Source of the DNA: Gnetum montanum
Taxonomy: Eukaryota > Plantae > Gnetophyta
NCBI GenBank assembly: GCA_015680685.1
Contig: MNCI01000805.1
Span: 14,573-78,572, forward strand
Length of the DNA: 64,000 nucleotides
Direction: 5' to 3'
This document shows positions 1 to 11,846 of this stretch, in pieces. Every line of letters begins with the position of its first letter. Position 1 is the first letter of the stretch. A model generated the notes under the pieces. That model searched no databases. It was not told the DNA's origin and saw nothing but the letters and a program-made list of their open reading frames with translations. Made by a program: the position numbers and the translations under genes.

Positions 1-503
1 ATGTATAACACTGCTAGGTTACCAAGCATTAAGTTTTGCTAGGATTACCAAGCATCATACGCATGCTCAAAGTAGTCATACTTATGTGCCTTAATTAACT
101 ACTATTTAATCTAGCTAGATTACTTTAGCTTAATTACATGGTAGTATTAAATGAAATTGCACAAAACATTAAATGTATGAATAAAATATCTAACCTAGCT
201 AAGGTGCTACAAGGTTTGATTAAAAAGCTCGTCTTTATTACTGCACACACTACCATGCTTAGGTACAATAGTCCTTGAATAAAGATCCATACACTCAATG
301 ACTCTTGTTGTGGGCACTTTGGAAAATATTCTAACTCTAGAGAATAAAACTACAAGAGCTGTGATATGCTATGATAAAAACTATTGCAAACCATGTTCCC
401 AAGTACTATATTTATAGGTTGGCACACACCCCACAATATTGGATATTTGACATCACTTCATGGGTCCTAATATCATGTATCTAATATTAGGGCTCGGATA
501 TCA
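1..503 (-). mobile_element. Partial LTR of the Athila-like family B/C, truncated by the window start
   Basis: Shares blocks with the LTRs at 26907-27805 and 51826-53013 (ggattaccaag, caaggtttgat..ctcgtctttatt, gaataaagatccatacact, gggcact..gaaaatattctaactct, tatttatag). The right end (..tatca, 503) is approximate. Confidence 0.65.
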
Positions 504-1686
504 TTACAACCATGAATTTCTTTAAAATTTAAAGAGAATGACTAGGGCCATTCCAAGGAAATTTAAGAAGTCTTTTCTTATAGAAAGATATAAAAAATAT
601 TAAAGAAAATAAGGATGAATTGGAGGTACATTTACCCATCAATTCATGATTTTTTAAAAAAAATATATTTGACTTTGAATAAGTAATAAAAAAAAAGAAA
701 TTTTTCTTTGAATCTTTGTCTTCTTGTTAAAAATGATGAAGCATTATGCACTAGAACTAACATCCATTAGAATCTAATGTTTCAATTTAGCTGTTTATGA
801 AATTATGTCCTAATCTCATACTACATCCTACTAGGCTTTAACATCCTCTCTTAATAAATCATCCTCGCTTGGAAAAAATATCAATATAAATTAGTCACTT
901 AGATTGAGTACAAAATAAATCATGATTATAATAGTTTTGTGATTACAAAGATAAGTGATCAAAAAAATGTATACAATCACTTAAACTCTCTCTACAACAC
1001 CACAACATAGAATCAAGAATCTTAGTTTATTATTATTAGTTGTGAAGTTAGTTTTCTCAAAGTGAAATTCCTTATTAAAATCATTTCAATAGAGCACTCT
1101 TTCAATTAAAAGATAAGAAACATTTTTCAATTTAGTAAAGCAAGATAAAAAGATAAAAATAATAGTGAGCATTTATTTCATAATAAATAGTTTATATTAT
1201 AGACAAGTGTATCCTAAAATTTTCATTTAAAATAATAGAATGAATAATAAGAGATATTAGAAACATTATCTTTTTTAAAATATATTATAACATATATAAA
1301 AACTAAATTAAATGAAGAGAGAAGCTAGCATATCATAAATTAAAATTAAAGTTAACTTTTTCACCATATACAAAGAGATGTCCATAAATTAAAACAAGCA
1401 AGAAATAAAACAAGTATCATCAATTATTTGTCATTAAATCTATATATACATTTTTAAAATTTTAAAAGATATTAACGGATGATGAAATTTTCTCATATTA
1501 GGAGATCTTTCATAGTAGACCTAGGTATAGGTTTTAGAATCATAGATGGTGGAACAAACTAAGCTAGATCAATAGTAGATTATAGTTGACTCATACTAGA
1601 TTGCTTGATGAGGAATCCATAAACATTATTGAATGCTAATTATAGCAATGGTGGACACACATATGGTATAAGAGGTAGATCATTAC

Positions 1687-4050
1687 TGAAACACCATCAA
1701 TTTTGGGACTTTCATGATTCAGCATAGTCCTAAATTTTGGGCAAGGATCTCTGCAAGCCCAGTGTCACATTGAACCGTGTTGACAACATGGCACCCTGGA
1801 CGTCCCAACACTTGCAAAGCCTCTTCTAGGCCTGCCTACAACCCTCTGTAGCACAATCAATGTAGCACCCATTCATGAGGCTAGTTTGTACAAAAGTGGC
1901 ACTGAGGATGGATCGTATATTTCGGAAAATTTTCTATCTCTTGGACCATTAAGCTCATTACACTCACTAGTCTGCTTAGCTTGACAAATGTCGTGGATGA
2001 TGGTCAACCCAAGTGCCAAGCTAGGAGCTATCGAAGGTATTTAGGATGGACTAACTAGTTCAGAAAATTTTCTAATTATGAGGCTTTCTACGCTACATAG
2101 CATAGTAGGTCATCTAGTGTAAAATTATTACAAATGTTAGATTAGATACAGAAAATGCAATTGGTAGATATTCAATCCTCAAGGAAGCTAACCCTGCTTC
2201 ATCCTTGGAATATGATCAGTGTAGCATGAGAAAAATATGGAAAATGTTTCAAAAGTTATCTGATTTTTGGTGCTACACTATGCTACACTGCATAGCATAG
2301 CATAGCGTAGTAGGGTGCATAATCTTCCTTGAAATTAGGATGACAGAGAAAATGCATTTGAATAGCGTAGAAAAATGTAGTAGGGTGTACAATCTTCCTT
2401 GAAATTAGGATGATAGAGAAAATGCATTTGACCATTCTTCGATCTTTAAGGATGCTTGCCTTGCTCTACCTTTGAAGTGTGATTGATGTGACATAGGCAA
2501 ATTATGCAAAAGCCACCCCAATGTGAGTGCTACATTGTGCTATGCTAAGAAAGTATTTTCTCACATTGCATTTAGTCATGCTTAAACCTCAAGGACTACC
2601 CATCCCACTCTGTCATCAAAGTTTGATCAAAGTCTCTTCACAAATCATTGTAGATTAAGCTCATGTCAGAATGGGTGATATGCTATACTATGCTGCACAG
2701 CGTAGCACAGTGTAGCGGAGACATCAAAGTTAAAGGTGCCCTAGGGATGAAACCAAGAGGTCTCGAGCTCCTTTAACATGGAAAGTATAGTGGCTGGTCA
2801 TTGGAGTATCTTGTCTTGCCAGGCCTCAGAGGGTTATTTTCAATTTTTGAGCAAGATTTTCCTCAAAGGTGGTTGCTACGCTGTGCAGTGTAGCAAGTAG
2901 TTATTCATGCTACTCCTCTACGCTGAGCAGCGTGAGTAGCCTAACACTTGAAAAGAAGCTTCAGGACATCTTTGGAAGCTCCAAGAGTCATCATCGATGA
3001 TCATCTCTACCCCAACATCTCCGTGATAGCTAAGATCAGCAATTTGCCTTGCTTGTTGCATCCCTTGTCACATCCTAAAATTGTCTCTACACTTGACCCT
3101 ACTCGTGAGAGGGGGGAAGATGTAGTCCCAAAGAATAAGCTTCATTTTACACTTGTCATTAGCATTTCTTGTAAAAATATGGTAGTCCCTTCAGTACATG
3201 TAGTCTAAACGATATGGTCATAGCTCAGCAAGTTCCACTTCCAGCATCATTCCATTTAGTGTAGCACATTAGCGTAGCACCACACTTTGAGCATGGCACA
3301 CCAACATGACACCTCCATGTTCAAGTTATGTTGGACCTAGGACATGTGGTGTCCAAACCATGTTTTCCTCCCACTCTTGGCTTTATAAATACACTAGCAA
3401 ACAACGTTCAAAAGGTTGGCTTTTCGTAGTTAGCTTTCTGGTAGCAAGCTTTGGTAAAGAGATTGGTGAATAGAAGGTTGATAAATAGAAAATCCCAATG
3501 GTAGCACTTTTTAGATCTCTCCTCAACCCAGCGTAGTGACTCTTAGCCCAATGAGTATTTGCTCATTGGTTCTTGTTAAGACCCCATTGGAAGTAGTCCA
3601 AGAGCTATGACCATATCATTCCATTGTCATCTATACCTATCCGGTACTACACACCAGTTGTACATATTTATTAGCCAAACAAAGATCAAATCCCCCAATT
3701 TTTTGGGTGGTGCATTCCTTCACTTAAACTCTCATTCCTTTTTTTTCTATAACGTATATGTTGCATCTTTGTATACTTATTCACGCTTATCGTCTAGGTT
3801 ACATATTTTGATGGGTTTCTATTGTTTTGCACCTCACATTTTCTTCCATTTCAACCTCAGCATGTTACATTTTAAAATTACTATTTGCATACAATTATTG
3901 TACACCACATAAGTCCCTATTTGATTGACCAAACCATTCAGGGAACCCTGCTTCCATTTTCTCCAGCATGGCCCTTACATGGATCCAAGGTTAAGTTATA
4001 CGCCTAATAACCTCTCAGTGTTCTAGCCACTGACATTTTTAGACGTCACA
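1687..4050 (+). repeat. Element A 5' LTR
   Basis: Colinear with 18932-21277 throughout; TG...CA termini; TATAAATA at 3384-3391. Carries a ~55-bp segment duplicated with period 70 (2307-2431) that is single in the 3' LTR. Confidence 0.92.
3384..3391 (+). promoter_or_regulatory. TATA box of the element A LTR promoter
   Basis: TATAAATA conserved in both LTRs (also 20612-20619). Confidence 0.6.
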
Positions 4051-4055
4051 GTTTT

Positions 4056-4072
4056 TGGCACTAGAAGGAGGG
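4056..4072 (+). promoter_or_regulatory. Primer-binding site of element A
   Basis: TGGCACTAGAAGGAGGG starts 5 nt after the LTR end, begins with TGG (complement of tRNA CCA) and resembles the Tat-type TGGCGCTAGAAGGAGGG PBS. Confidence 0.8.
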
Positions 4073-4249
4073 CCCGACCCATTGTGTCTCTTCCATGTGT
4101 CATGAGTAATCCTACATGCTGTATGTACCCTGTCACTTGCTAGCATAGATGTGACACCCTTGTGGTTGTCTACGCACTGGGTGGTGTAGATTGGTCACCA
4201 TGACAATTCCCCTAGAACCCTATAGGATGAAAGCTCTAAAATGGCTACT

Positions 4250-4735
4250 ATGTTATGATACCTACATTCAGTATAGTGTAGTGACCTTGTCTATGTAGCG
4301 GTTCCTACACTATCCATTGTGTTATGCTACATGTCTATTGCATTATGTTGCCTGCGTTCTATGTAGTGTAGCAACCTTATCAATGTAGTAGTTTCCAAAC
4401 TATCTATTGTGTTACACTTCCTGTCTACTACATTACATTGCCTACGTTCTATGTAGCGTAGTGACCATGTCAATGTAGCGGTTTCCAAACTATCTACTAT
4501 GTTATGCTGCTTGTCTATTACATTACACTACCTACGTTCTGTGTAGAATAGCAACCCTATTATTATAGTGGTTTCCAAACTATCTATTATGTTACGCTAC
4601 CTATCTACTGGGTTATGCTACCTGTGTCCTGTGTAGTGTAGTAACCCTATCAGTGTAGCAGTTCTAAACTGTCTACTATGTTACACTATCTATCTACTAC
4701 ATTACCCTGCCTACATCCTATGTAGCGTAGCGAAG
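4250..4735. repeat. ~90-bp tandem array (about 5 copies) in the element A leader
   Basis: The unit (a/g)tgtag(c/t)gtag..acc...atgtagcggtttccaaactatcta.. recurs at 4271, 4361, 4451, 4541, 4631 and 4720. Confidence 0.85.
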
Positions 4736-5949
4736 AAGACTAGCTTTTCAGCATTTTCAAATGTTCCCAATTTTAGTCTATTTTCTCTACAGCTTTAGAC
4801 CTTAACTGTTTAATGCAAAGAATACTATTTTCGTATTGGAAAGATGAATCTTGTTACCACTTCAGTTCTTACCATAAGTATGGAGGTGTCTCACTTTGTT
4901 CCACACACAACGAATCTTGAGTAACTGCCCAACCCAATGTGGGTACCATGGTAGTCTCTTAGATTATAACACCAATCGCCTAAATGTTTGCCTCAAGATG
5001 TAGAGTGATATAACTTCTTATGTGCCAAGATCCAAGAAAATCTACCATTGGATCGTCATAAATTTGAGGAAAAATGTAACTTTGAAATCATTCACCAGAA
5101 TGGAAGAGAATTCATTCCCACTTCTAATATCACTATTCCACTCACAGAAATGTACCAATGGCTTTGAAGCCAACTTTTTCAATTGAGAAACTCAAGAGAA
5201 TGAGACAAAAAATCTCACTATGATGAACCCTTTTATGATGGCCAAGAGGAGTTAGACTCCCCTTCTAAAGGTGGTGGCCTAAACTATGCTACAACTGTCC
5301 CTTCCACCTCTATTATTCATTCGCACCAACCACAATGTTTTGCCTCTTTTGCTACTAGCACAATACTACCGCAACCCAGACCCTCTTTGGTGAGGGTAGT
5401 CATCAAATGTTAATAAAGTATTAGCATGCAGGCCCTTCAACGTCATTTCCCATTAATCATCCTTCCCAGTCTATCCAAGCCTCGCACCCAATGTCTGTGA
5501 TGCCCACATTGCCATACGTGCACACCATGCCCACATCATAACTACATGTAAGTTCTATTTTTGTCCCCTCTACACCCATTCCACCATTGGTAGTAGGCCC
5601 AACCTCAACTACATGGTGGACAACAATGACCTCTTTTCCTGTGACTCCAGTGTCTCACATGCCACAATACGAATAGCACCAAACATACCAAGTTTCACAT
5701 GTAATGCAACCAAACACAGGGCTATGGGCCACCCCGGCAATTGGGTAGGTAACCATCCCTGTAGTGCCACCAATGGTAGCTGCTCCAATAGCACCACCCA
5801 TTGAGTTGTGGGCTACTCAAACAACACCACTAGTGGGAGCTATTCTTATAGCACCCCCAATGGGACTAGAAGCCACACCAACAGTGCCACTAGTGGTGGA
5901 TGCTCCAATAGCTTCACAAACCCCTATAGCAACCCCAGGTCTAGACCAA

Positions 5950-7395
5950 GCTTTTTAGCTCATCCAAAATCTCACCAAAGAAATTAAATGGCTCAAAGTC
6001 ATCGATTCTGAAACTATTCAAGTCATGGACTTCTACCAAGATGACCTGATCAGTCTAGTTGTTCCCATGGTTACATTGCCACTTGGGGTACAACTTCCCT
6101 AGTTTACAAAATACAATGGGGAAGGAGATCCAAATGCCCACCTAGTCACTTTTAGGTCTAAATCCTTGTTTCTACAACCATGGCCCCATACCATCATTCA
6201 TGTTTTCATCATGTCCTTGATAGGCAAGGCCTTAAACTGGTACCACACACATCCTTGCAATTCTACCTCAAAATTAGAAGAATTGCTAAGACAATTCGTG
6301 ACTCATTTTAAGTATAACTTGAAATCAGAAGTCACTTTAGATCAGTTCATGAGTATTGAACAAGATCCATTAGAATCCATACAAAAGTTCATACAACGTT
6401 GGAGTGCTACCCTAAACAAAATACCTAAACCAATTGCTGAGGCCCACTTGTTAGCTATTTTCAAAGAAGAAATAATTTATTTTATAAAGTCCAAACTCTA
6501 TTATTTGGCTTTGCATTCCCTTAGCCAAGAATTTGCTCAAAATAAAAGTATTCAGGATGTGGCAAAGGCTAGTAGAGATCTAGCCTACATAGCCTAAAAA
6601 AACACACATATAAAGAAAGACAAGGAGAAAGGGAAGGCCACAGAAAAAATGGTGGCCATTGTGGCCAATGAGACCAAGTCCAAAAATAGCAAAAAGACTA
6701 CCACATCACCTAAAGCCTCCACTAACACAACACTCGGCTCCAGTAGTACTAGTCAACCCTCAGCATTAGCACCCATAGTCCAAACTTTACCAAGGCCAAA
6801 TTTTGAGTGTAAGGATCACTCAAAATATACCCCTTTACCAATTAAGCCTTTAGAGCTTCTAAGTCAATTGCTGAGAGCCAGGTGTATCCAACACAAATAG
6901 ATGTTAGAGGAGGCCCTTAAGCATCACCAAAGGTACTGTGAAGTCCTTTGAGACCCCTCCTTGGCTATGCCTAATGAACCACCAGTACCTAGGAACTTCA
7001 GGTTAGAGCATTTTTGCAATTATCATCACTTTTGTGGGCATGATATAGATTATTTCTTGGTACTAAAAGATGANGTCATTATTAAGTCATCCAAGCTTAA
7101 TGGTGTGTTCTTTTGTTCCAAGAATTGTTTAACCTATGAAAGTGCATTTAGGAAGTCTTGCCCACTGTCTAATTGTTTGCTAACTTTTTCTTCTTCTATG
7201 CATCCTAGGAGATGAATCTCCCAAGTGGGAGTGGCTTTGGGTTGGATAGTAAGCTTTTTTCAATTAGAGGATAATGGCTTCATGTGTGTGTTTCCACCAA
7301 TGGCTAATGATGAAGAGGTCATGAGAATTGCTCTCATCTAGGATCAACTTGCCCTGATCGATCATTCACTGGATGTCATCTTTTAGTGCCAAGAA
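5950..7395 (+). pseudogene. gag: Element A gag (retrotransposon Gag core plus CxYH-GH motif), disrupted
   Basis: FTKYNGEGDPNAHL..FIMSLIGKALNWY..EELLRQFVTHF..ESIQKFIQRW; YTPLP; CNYHHFCGHD. In-frame stops present. Segment 7075-7395 is inverted between two n bases and continues the frame when flipped. Start is approximate. Confidence 0.85.
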
Positions 7396-7396
7396 N

Positions 7397-7700
7397 CACC
7401 ATAGTGGACAAATTGGCCCAAGTGGATCAAATCAAGCTCACAACAACCTGATGCTTAAAGTCATTCAATGGGGCATGTGTCGTGGTCAAGAGAACTATTA
7501 CCATCAACTTCATAGTAGGGGACTAGTTTCCCACTAGCGTACTATTTATTATGATAGAAAATATGCCCAGGTTTAACCTGATCTTGGGGAGATTGTGGTT
7601 ATCCCAACAAAGAGCTATCTCCTCACCCATACACCAAGAGATCCACTTACCCTACATGGGTGGAGAGGTAGTGATATTTGGTGTTGAAGTAGCCTCATAA
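7397..7700 (+). pseudogene. Element A aspartic protease (C-terminal half)
   Basis: SFNG..TITINFIVG*..FNLILGRLWLSQQRAISSPIHQEIHLP matches the Tat/Ogre protease LLGRPW..A.PS..HQ pattern. The catalytic DxG motif is not seen and probably lies in the gap at n7396. Confidence 0.75.
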
Positions 7701-8061
7701 GTCATAAAAAATATAGACGTGGAGCAAGGATCAAAGACAGAAATCTCTGAAAATGAATCACCCATTCATGCTGAAATTCCATGTTTGACAAATGAGCCAT
7801 CCAAAACAACCGAATTAAATGAATAAACCATGTGGGCCAAATTGCCCTTCCAAACATCAGATGATAGCATAGAGGAATACCACTACAAGGCTTCCAAAGC
7901 CTATGCCTTGCCTAACCCACATCAAATTAAGAAACAATTGCATGATTAAAGTTTACCTTCAATTTGCTTCAATAAATTTTATACTTCTGTTTGCATGATT
8001 TCCATTTTCTATTAAGTTTGCTATTTGCATGATCTCTGCCACTAGCATTAGTTAAAGCTAT

Positions 8062-8360
8062 TATGACCTGAAATTACCTAAAATTAGCAATGGCCCAAAA
8101 TAGCCTAAAGCTAGCAATGGCCCGAAATGAACTTAAACTACTTCCATAGCCCACTAAGGCCTAAAACTGGCAACACCAATTTTAAAAACCACTTCACACA
8201 TGGCCCGAAATGGCCCTAAACTATTTCTACAACTTTCCAATACCTAAAACTGGCAACCCCACCCTTGAAAATTACATTATGTTCAGCCCAAAATGGCCTT
8301 AAACTAGCAAGGACCCAAAATGGCCTTAAACTAAAACAAGGGGCCCACAAGGGGCCTAAG
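8062..8360. repeat. Degenerate tandem array with core ATGGCCC(A/G)AAAT-GGCCTTAAACT(A/G)GCA
   Basis: Repeated atggcccaaaa..gcctaaa(a/g)ctagca units, downstream of the antisense gene's stop codon. Confidence 0.75.
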
Positions 8361-8487
8361 CACATTAATAAAAATATTAGCCAAAAGGAATAAAACAAGT
8401 TTTTTTACTTTTCATTAAATATAAGTCCATACTTGGAATACCTAATAATAAGCATTTCATTTCAAATAAAAAAAATTTGCCAATGGG

Positions 8488-11400
8488 CTATGAGTCTCCA
8501 TCAGTATCTTTATTCCCCTCCCCACTAGGTCCTACATCCTCATTTGGGTCCTGCATAAAGCAAGAATAAAATGATGAGTCAAATTACGATCACATATCAT
8601 AAAATAAACCAAAATATAATAAATCTTGGCTAATATTAGACGGGCCTGCATCCATGTTTGAAGGTATTCTATCCATGCTAGCTGGTAAGCGTTGAAGTAT
8701 TTCATCCTTGCTTAAGTTCATCCAATCTTCTTCACCCAAGTCAATGCTCATTGTAATTTTCCCCTTTTCCACAGCCGTCCATGTGGGCGATCTTGGAGAG
8801 AATGTGGTAGTAGTGGTCTCCCCAAAAGGCAAGGTCATTTCTCTCGAGAGAGACTCACTAACCACCACCTATTTTCCAAATTTATCGAAGGCCTTAGTAG
8901 CACCAATTACATCAAGAAATAGCTTATGAGTATGTAATTCAATAGAAGCATGTTAATATTTTTGATGGTAGGCAGCATTTTCCACCTTGTACATGTGTTT
9001 ATGGTTTTTCTATGCCTACCCCCATTCATACAGCTTGGTGTTGTGATCTTTCCAGTCCTATTTTTTCTAGGCTAGTAGATCCATCTGCAAGAATTATTTA
9101 ATTATTTCATGAGTAGCCTCATTTTTACCCCATATGGTTGACCAATATCTTGCATAATCAATCATGGCCATTCACCAACTACCATTGGAAATGTCGCAGG
9201 CCATCAAGAACTCATTCTTTGACCATAGATCTTCTAGTTCAACTACTTGACTAGCTTTCTCCTTTTGAAGCTTCTAGACTTGCTTCCAGAGGTCTTCATT
9301 AATGTGCCTGGACTCCCATAGGGATCATGCTAAGTATAGCATGAATTTACTCACCACCTCATGTACATTACGAGGTACCTTGGATACCTTTTCGGGGAGC
9401 TCAAGCACAGTGTCAACTTCGACCACTTATCTTGGGTTCCATTTTATTTGAGAAGCTATTATACCCAATATGAGAAAGTGTTAGTCATGAGATGATGGAA
9501 AAAATATAACAATATAGAGTCCAAATGTCATAGTGCAAACACACCTATCTTAGGATCAATTTGCCTTAAACTATCAATCATCATCAACTACCCCCTCCAT
9601 AAAGGTAAACTTATCTAGGCTCTTGGTCCATGGTTGGAGGTGAAATGAAGAGGAAGAATTAGGAGCCTTAGTAGTAGTGTCCGCTACGTAACAAAGCATG
9701 TTAGCATGGTGGAGAAGAGGAAAAAAACTAAAAAGTAACATAAATGATAGTGCAAAGACCCTACCTAGCAAACCCTTAGGGATGAGAGTGGGGGGATCAC
9801 CCATTGGCATACTTTCAAGCAAACTGTCAAACTCACCGGTGTCAAATTGAGCCCCTCTCCCTCAACCTGACTTAAAATGTAGCAGCATCTTCAATTGTCA
9901 TGTGCCCCTTAGGTATTGGGGCACACTCTACAAAATGTTCATCTATAGCAAGGGCCTCTTCCTCTATGGTAGGGACCTCCTCCTCTACAGCTGGGACCTC
10001 TTCTTCTTCTATGGCAGGGGCCCCTACCTCAGGGGCCAAAGCTTCTTCGTCATCATCTATTAAACACATCCAAAGTCAGCATGCTAGTCTAACATAAACA
10101 TAAGAAAAAAAAGGATTCGGTGGGGGGGATGATAGCTAACTAGATAATTAAACCATACTCACCAAAAAATGCAGGCTACACTTTACTAACCTTGATTTGC
10201 AATCTTCTGCCTCTTTCTTCACTAGTATGTGGAGGCTCTTCCACAAGATGAGATTTCTTATGTTGCAATGTTTATTTTACTATCTCGATAATAAGGCATG
10301 CCCCCTATACCGCATTACCTATGTTAGTGGAAGATGCTTGTCCAATGTTGTCTTGTGCATAAAAGGGCTGACCAGCCCAATCCTTCATTATTATTGAAAA
10401 AGACTCCCCAATAGCTTCTGGGGGATCCTGGGGTTCAGTGGTGTAGAATAGTTGGCAGATCCATGGTTTGGATATCTAGATGCGATCCTACAACACCCAT
10501 ATGCCATTATCACGAATCACCAAGAATTCATCAAATCGTCGTAGGCAAGTGATAAAAAAGGCAAAATGCACATTAAATGTGCATCAAGCTTCTCATGAAG
10601 CTTAACCATTTTAGCCTACAAATCATTGGTGAGATACTTGGCCCAATTATAGCAAGTCTATTCTTCCATGACATCTCTCATAATCCAAGCTTGCTCTACC
10701 CCAAGGATTTTTCCTTGCAAGAGTAACTTGGGGAAAGCACGAGCTCGGAAGATAGGGTAAACCTTATGGGCTACCTCTAGCTTGACCTTTTGCATGTAAA
10801 TCCCCTTTCGATATTTTCTCGTTCCTAACCATTCTTCTATGTCCAGTTGATGGTTTACATCTCTGCGAGTCTTATCCCTTATATGTAAGCCATCGGAAGG
10901 GACACCAAAGAGATATGCAAAGAGGATATTGGTAATCTCGAACACCACCCACACATTGTGAACCTGTGTGTAGAACTGGTCAGCCCTTTCTGAAAAAGAA
11001 TCAACAAGAGTAAGCATCTCTACAACCAGAATGCTTGGATTTACTACTAAAAATAGATCCATAATCCCAACCTCTTGGATATTTTGAATAAGGATGGTTG
11101 GGGTCCCATTGCATAACCAACGTTGTGTCTCATCCACTTCACCATATTTAAAGAAGAGGTTAGTTTCGTCACTTTTGGAGGTGACTACCATAACCTCTTG
11201 GGATTCGACTACTACTACAATAATAAAAAATGATAAAAATAATAAAGAAAACACAATCATCAATTGATCAATCAAGGGCATATTAAGGGACATGCGCAAC
11301 TTAACTCACCATGTACGAATGGCATTGGGAATGGTGGGATTTCCACCAGAACTTCTTCCATGGTGGGTGCACTATGGGATGCCTATTTGTCATCCAACCA

Positions 11401-11717
11401 TCCAAGTTCTTTGCATTTCATGTAGAAATTATCATACTTGGTTGGATAGGTCCTAAATTCAGTCCCAAGTTGTTCTATGACATTGGCGCACATGTTCCCA
11501 GTAGAAGAGAACTCTTGTAAGGCTGTTTGGATCAATGCTAATGCCCCCTCTTGATCGTGAAGCCCATCCTTGTCAATTACAAACCTAGCAACATATAGAA
11601 TGTAATAAGCATTTCAAATATGCAAGAAAAATGATCTAACATGCTTAAGAATCTTCATAGGACTCACCCATCAACATAGTTGATGGTCCTAGGTGGATTC
11701 TGGAAGAAAGTGGCCAT
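8488..11717 (-). pseudogene. Multi-exon antisense accessory gene of element A (plant-mobile-domain/DUF1985-like region, acidic repeat, predicted coiled coil), now carrying stops
   Basis: ATG at 11717. GT-AG introns at 11667-11585, 11309-11215, 10162-10057, 9764-9684 and 9544-9456, plus an acceptor at 8551. Splicing introns 1 and 2 keeps one frame: MATFFQNPPRTINYVDG|FVIDKDG..PFVH|VVVESQEVMVV..LVDSFSERADQF..FEIT..LFGVPSDG..YNWAKYL. Terminal exon DPNEDVGPSGEGNKDTDGDS*. Confidence 0.75.
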
Positions 11718-11837
11718 GTGATGAGTGATAAATAAAGTGTTGTACTTATGATAATACTTAAATTTGAGCATAGCCCAAACCCAAGACAAGTGTTTCAAAC
11801 CTTTTGGGCATTGATTTAAGCTCCCAACCCCTTCTCC

Positions 11838-11846
11838 TTTAATATA
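11838..11846 (-). promoter_or_regulatory. Putative TATA box for the antisense gene
   Basis: TATATTAAA on the - strand about 120 nt upstream of ATG 11717. Confidence 0.4.

Noticed and set aside
2948-3912. ORFs inside element A's LTR (paralogue at 20251-20436)
   Set aside because: Not maintained at the same length in both LTRs and no recognisable domain.
7074-7396. Apparent inversion inside element A gag
   Set aside because: Bounded by single n bases. Its reverse complement starts with TTCTTGGCACTAAAAGATGA, overlapping the left flank, and continues Gag (LKDDIQ*MIDQGKL). This is a mis-oriented contig.
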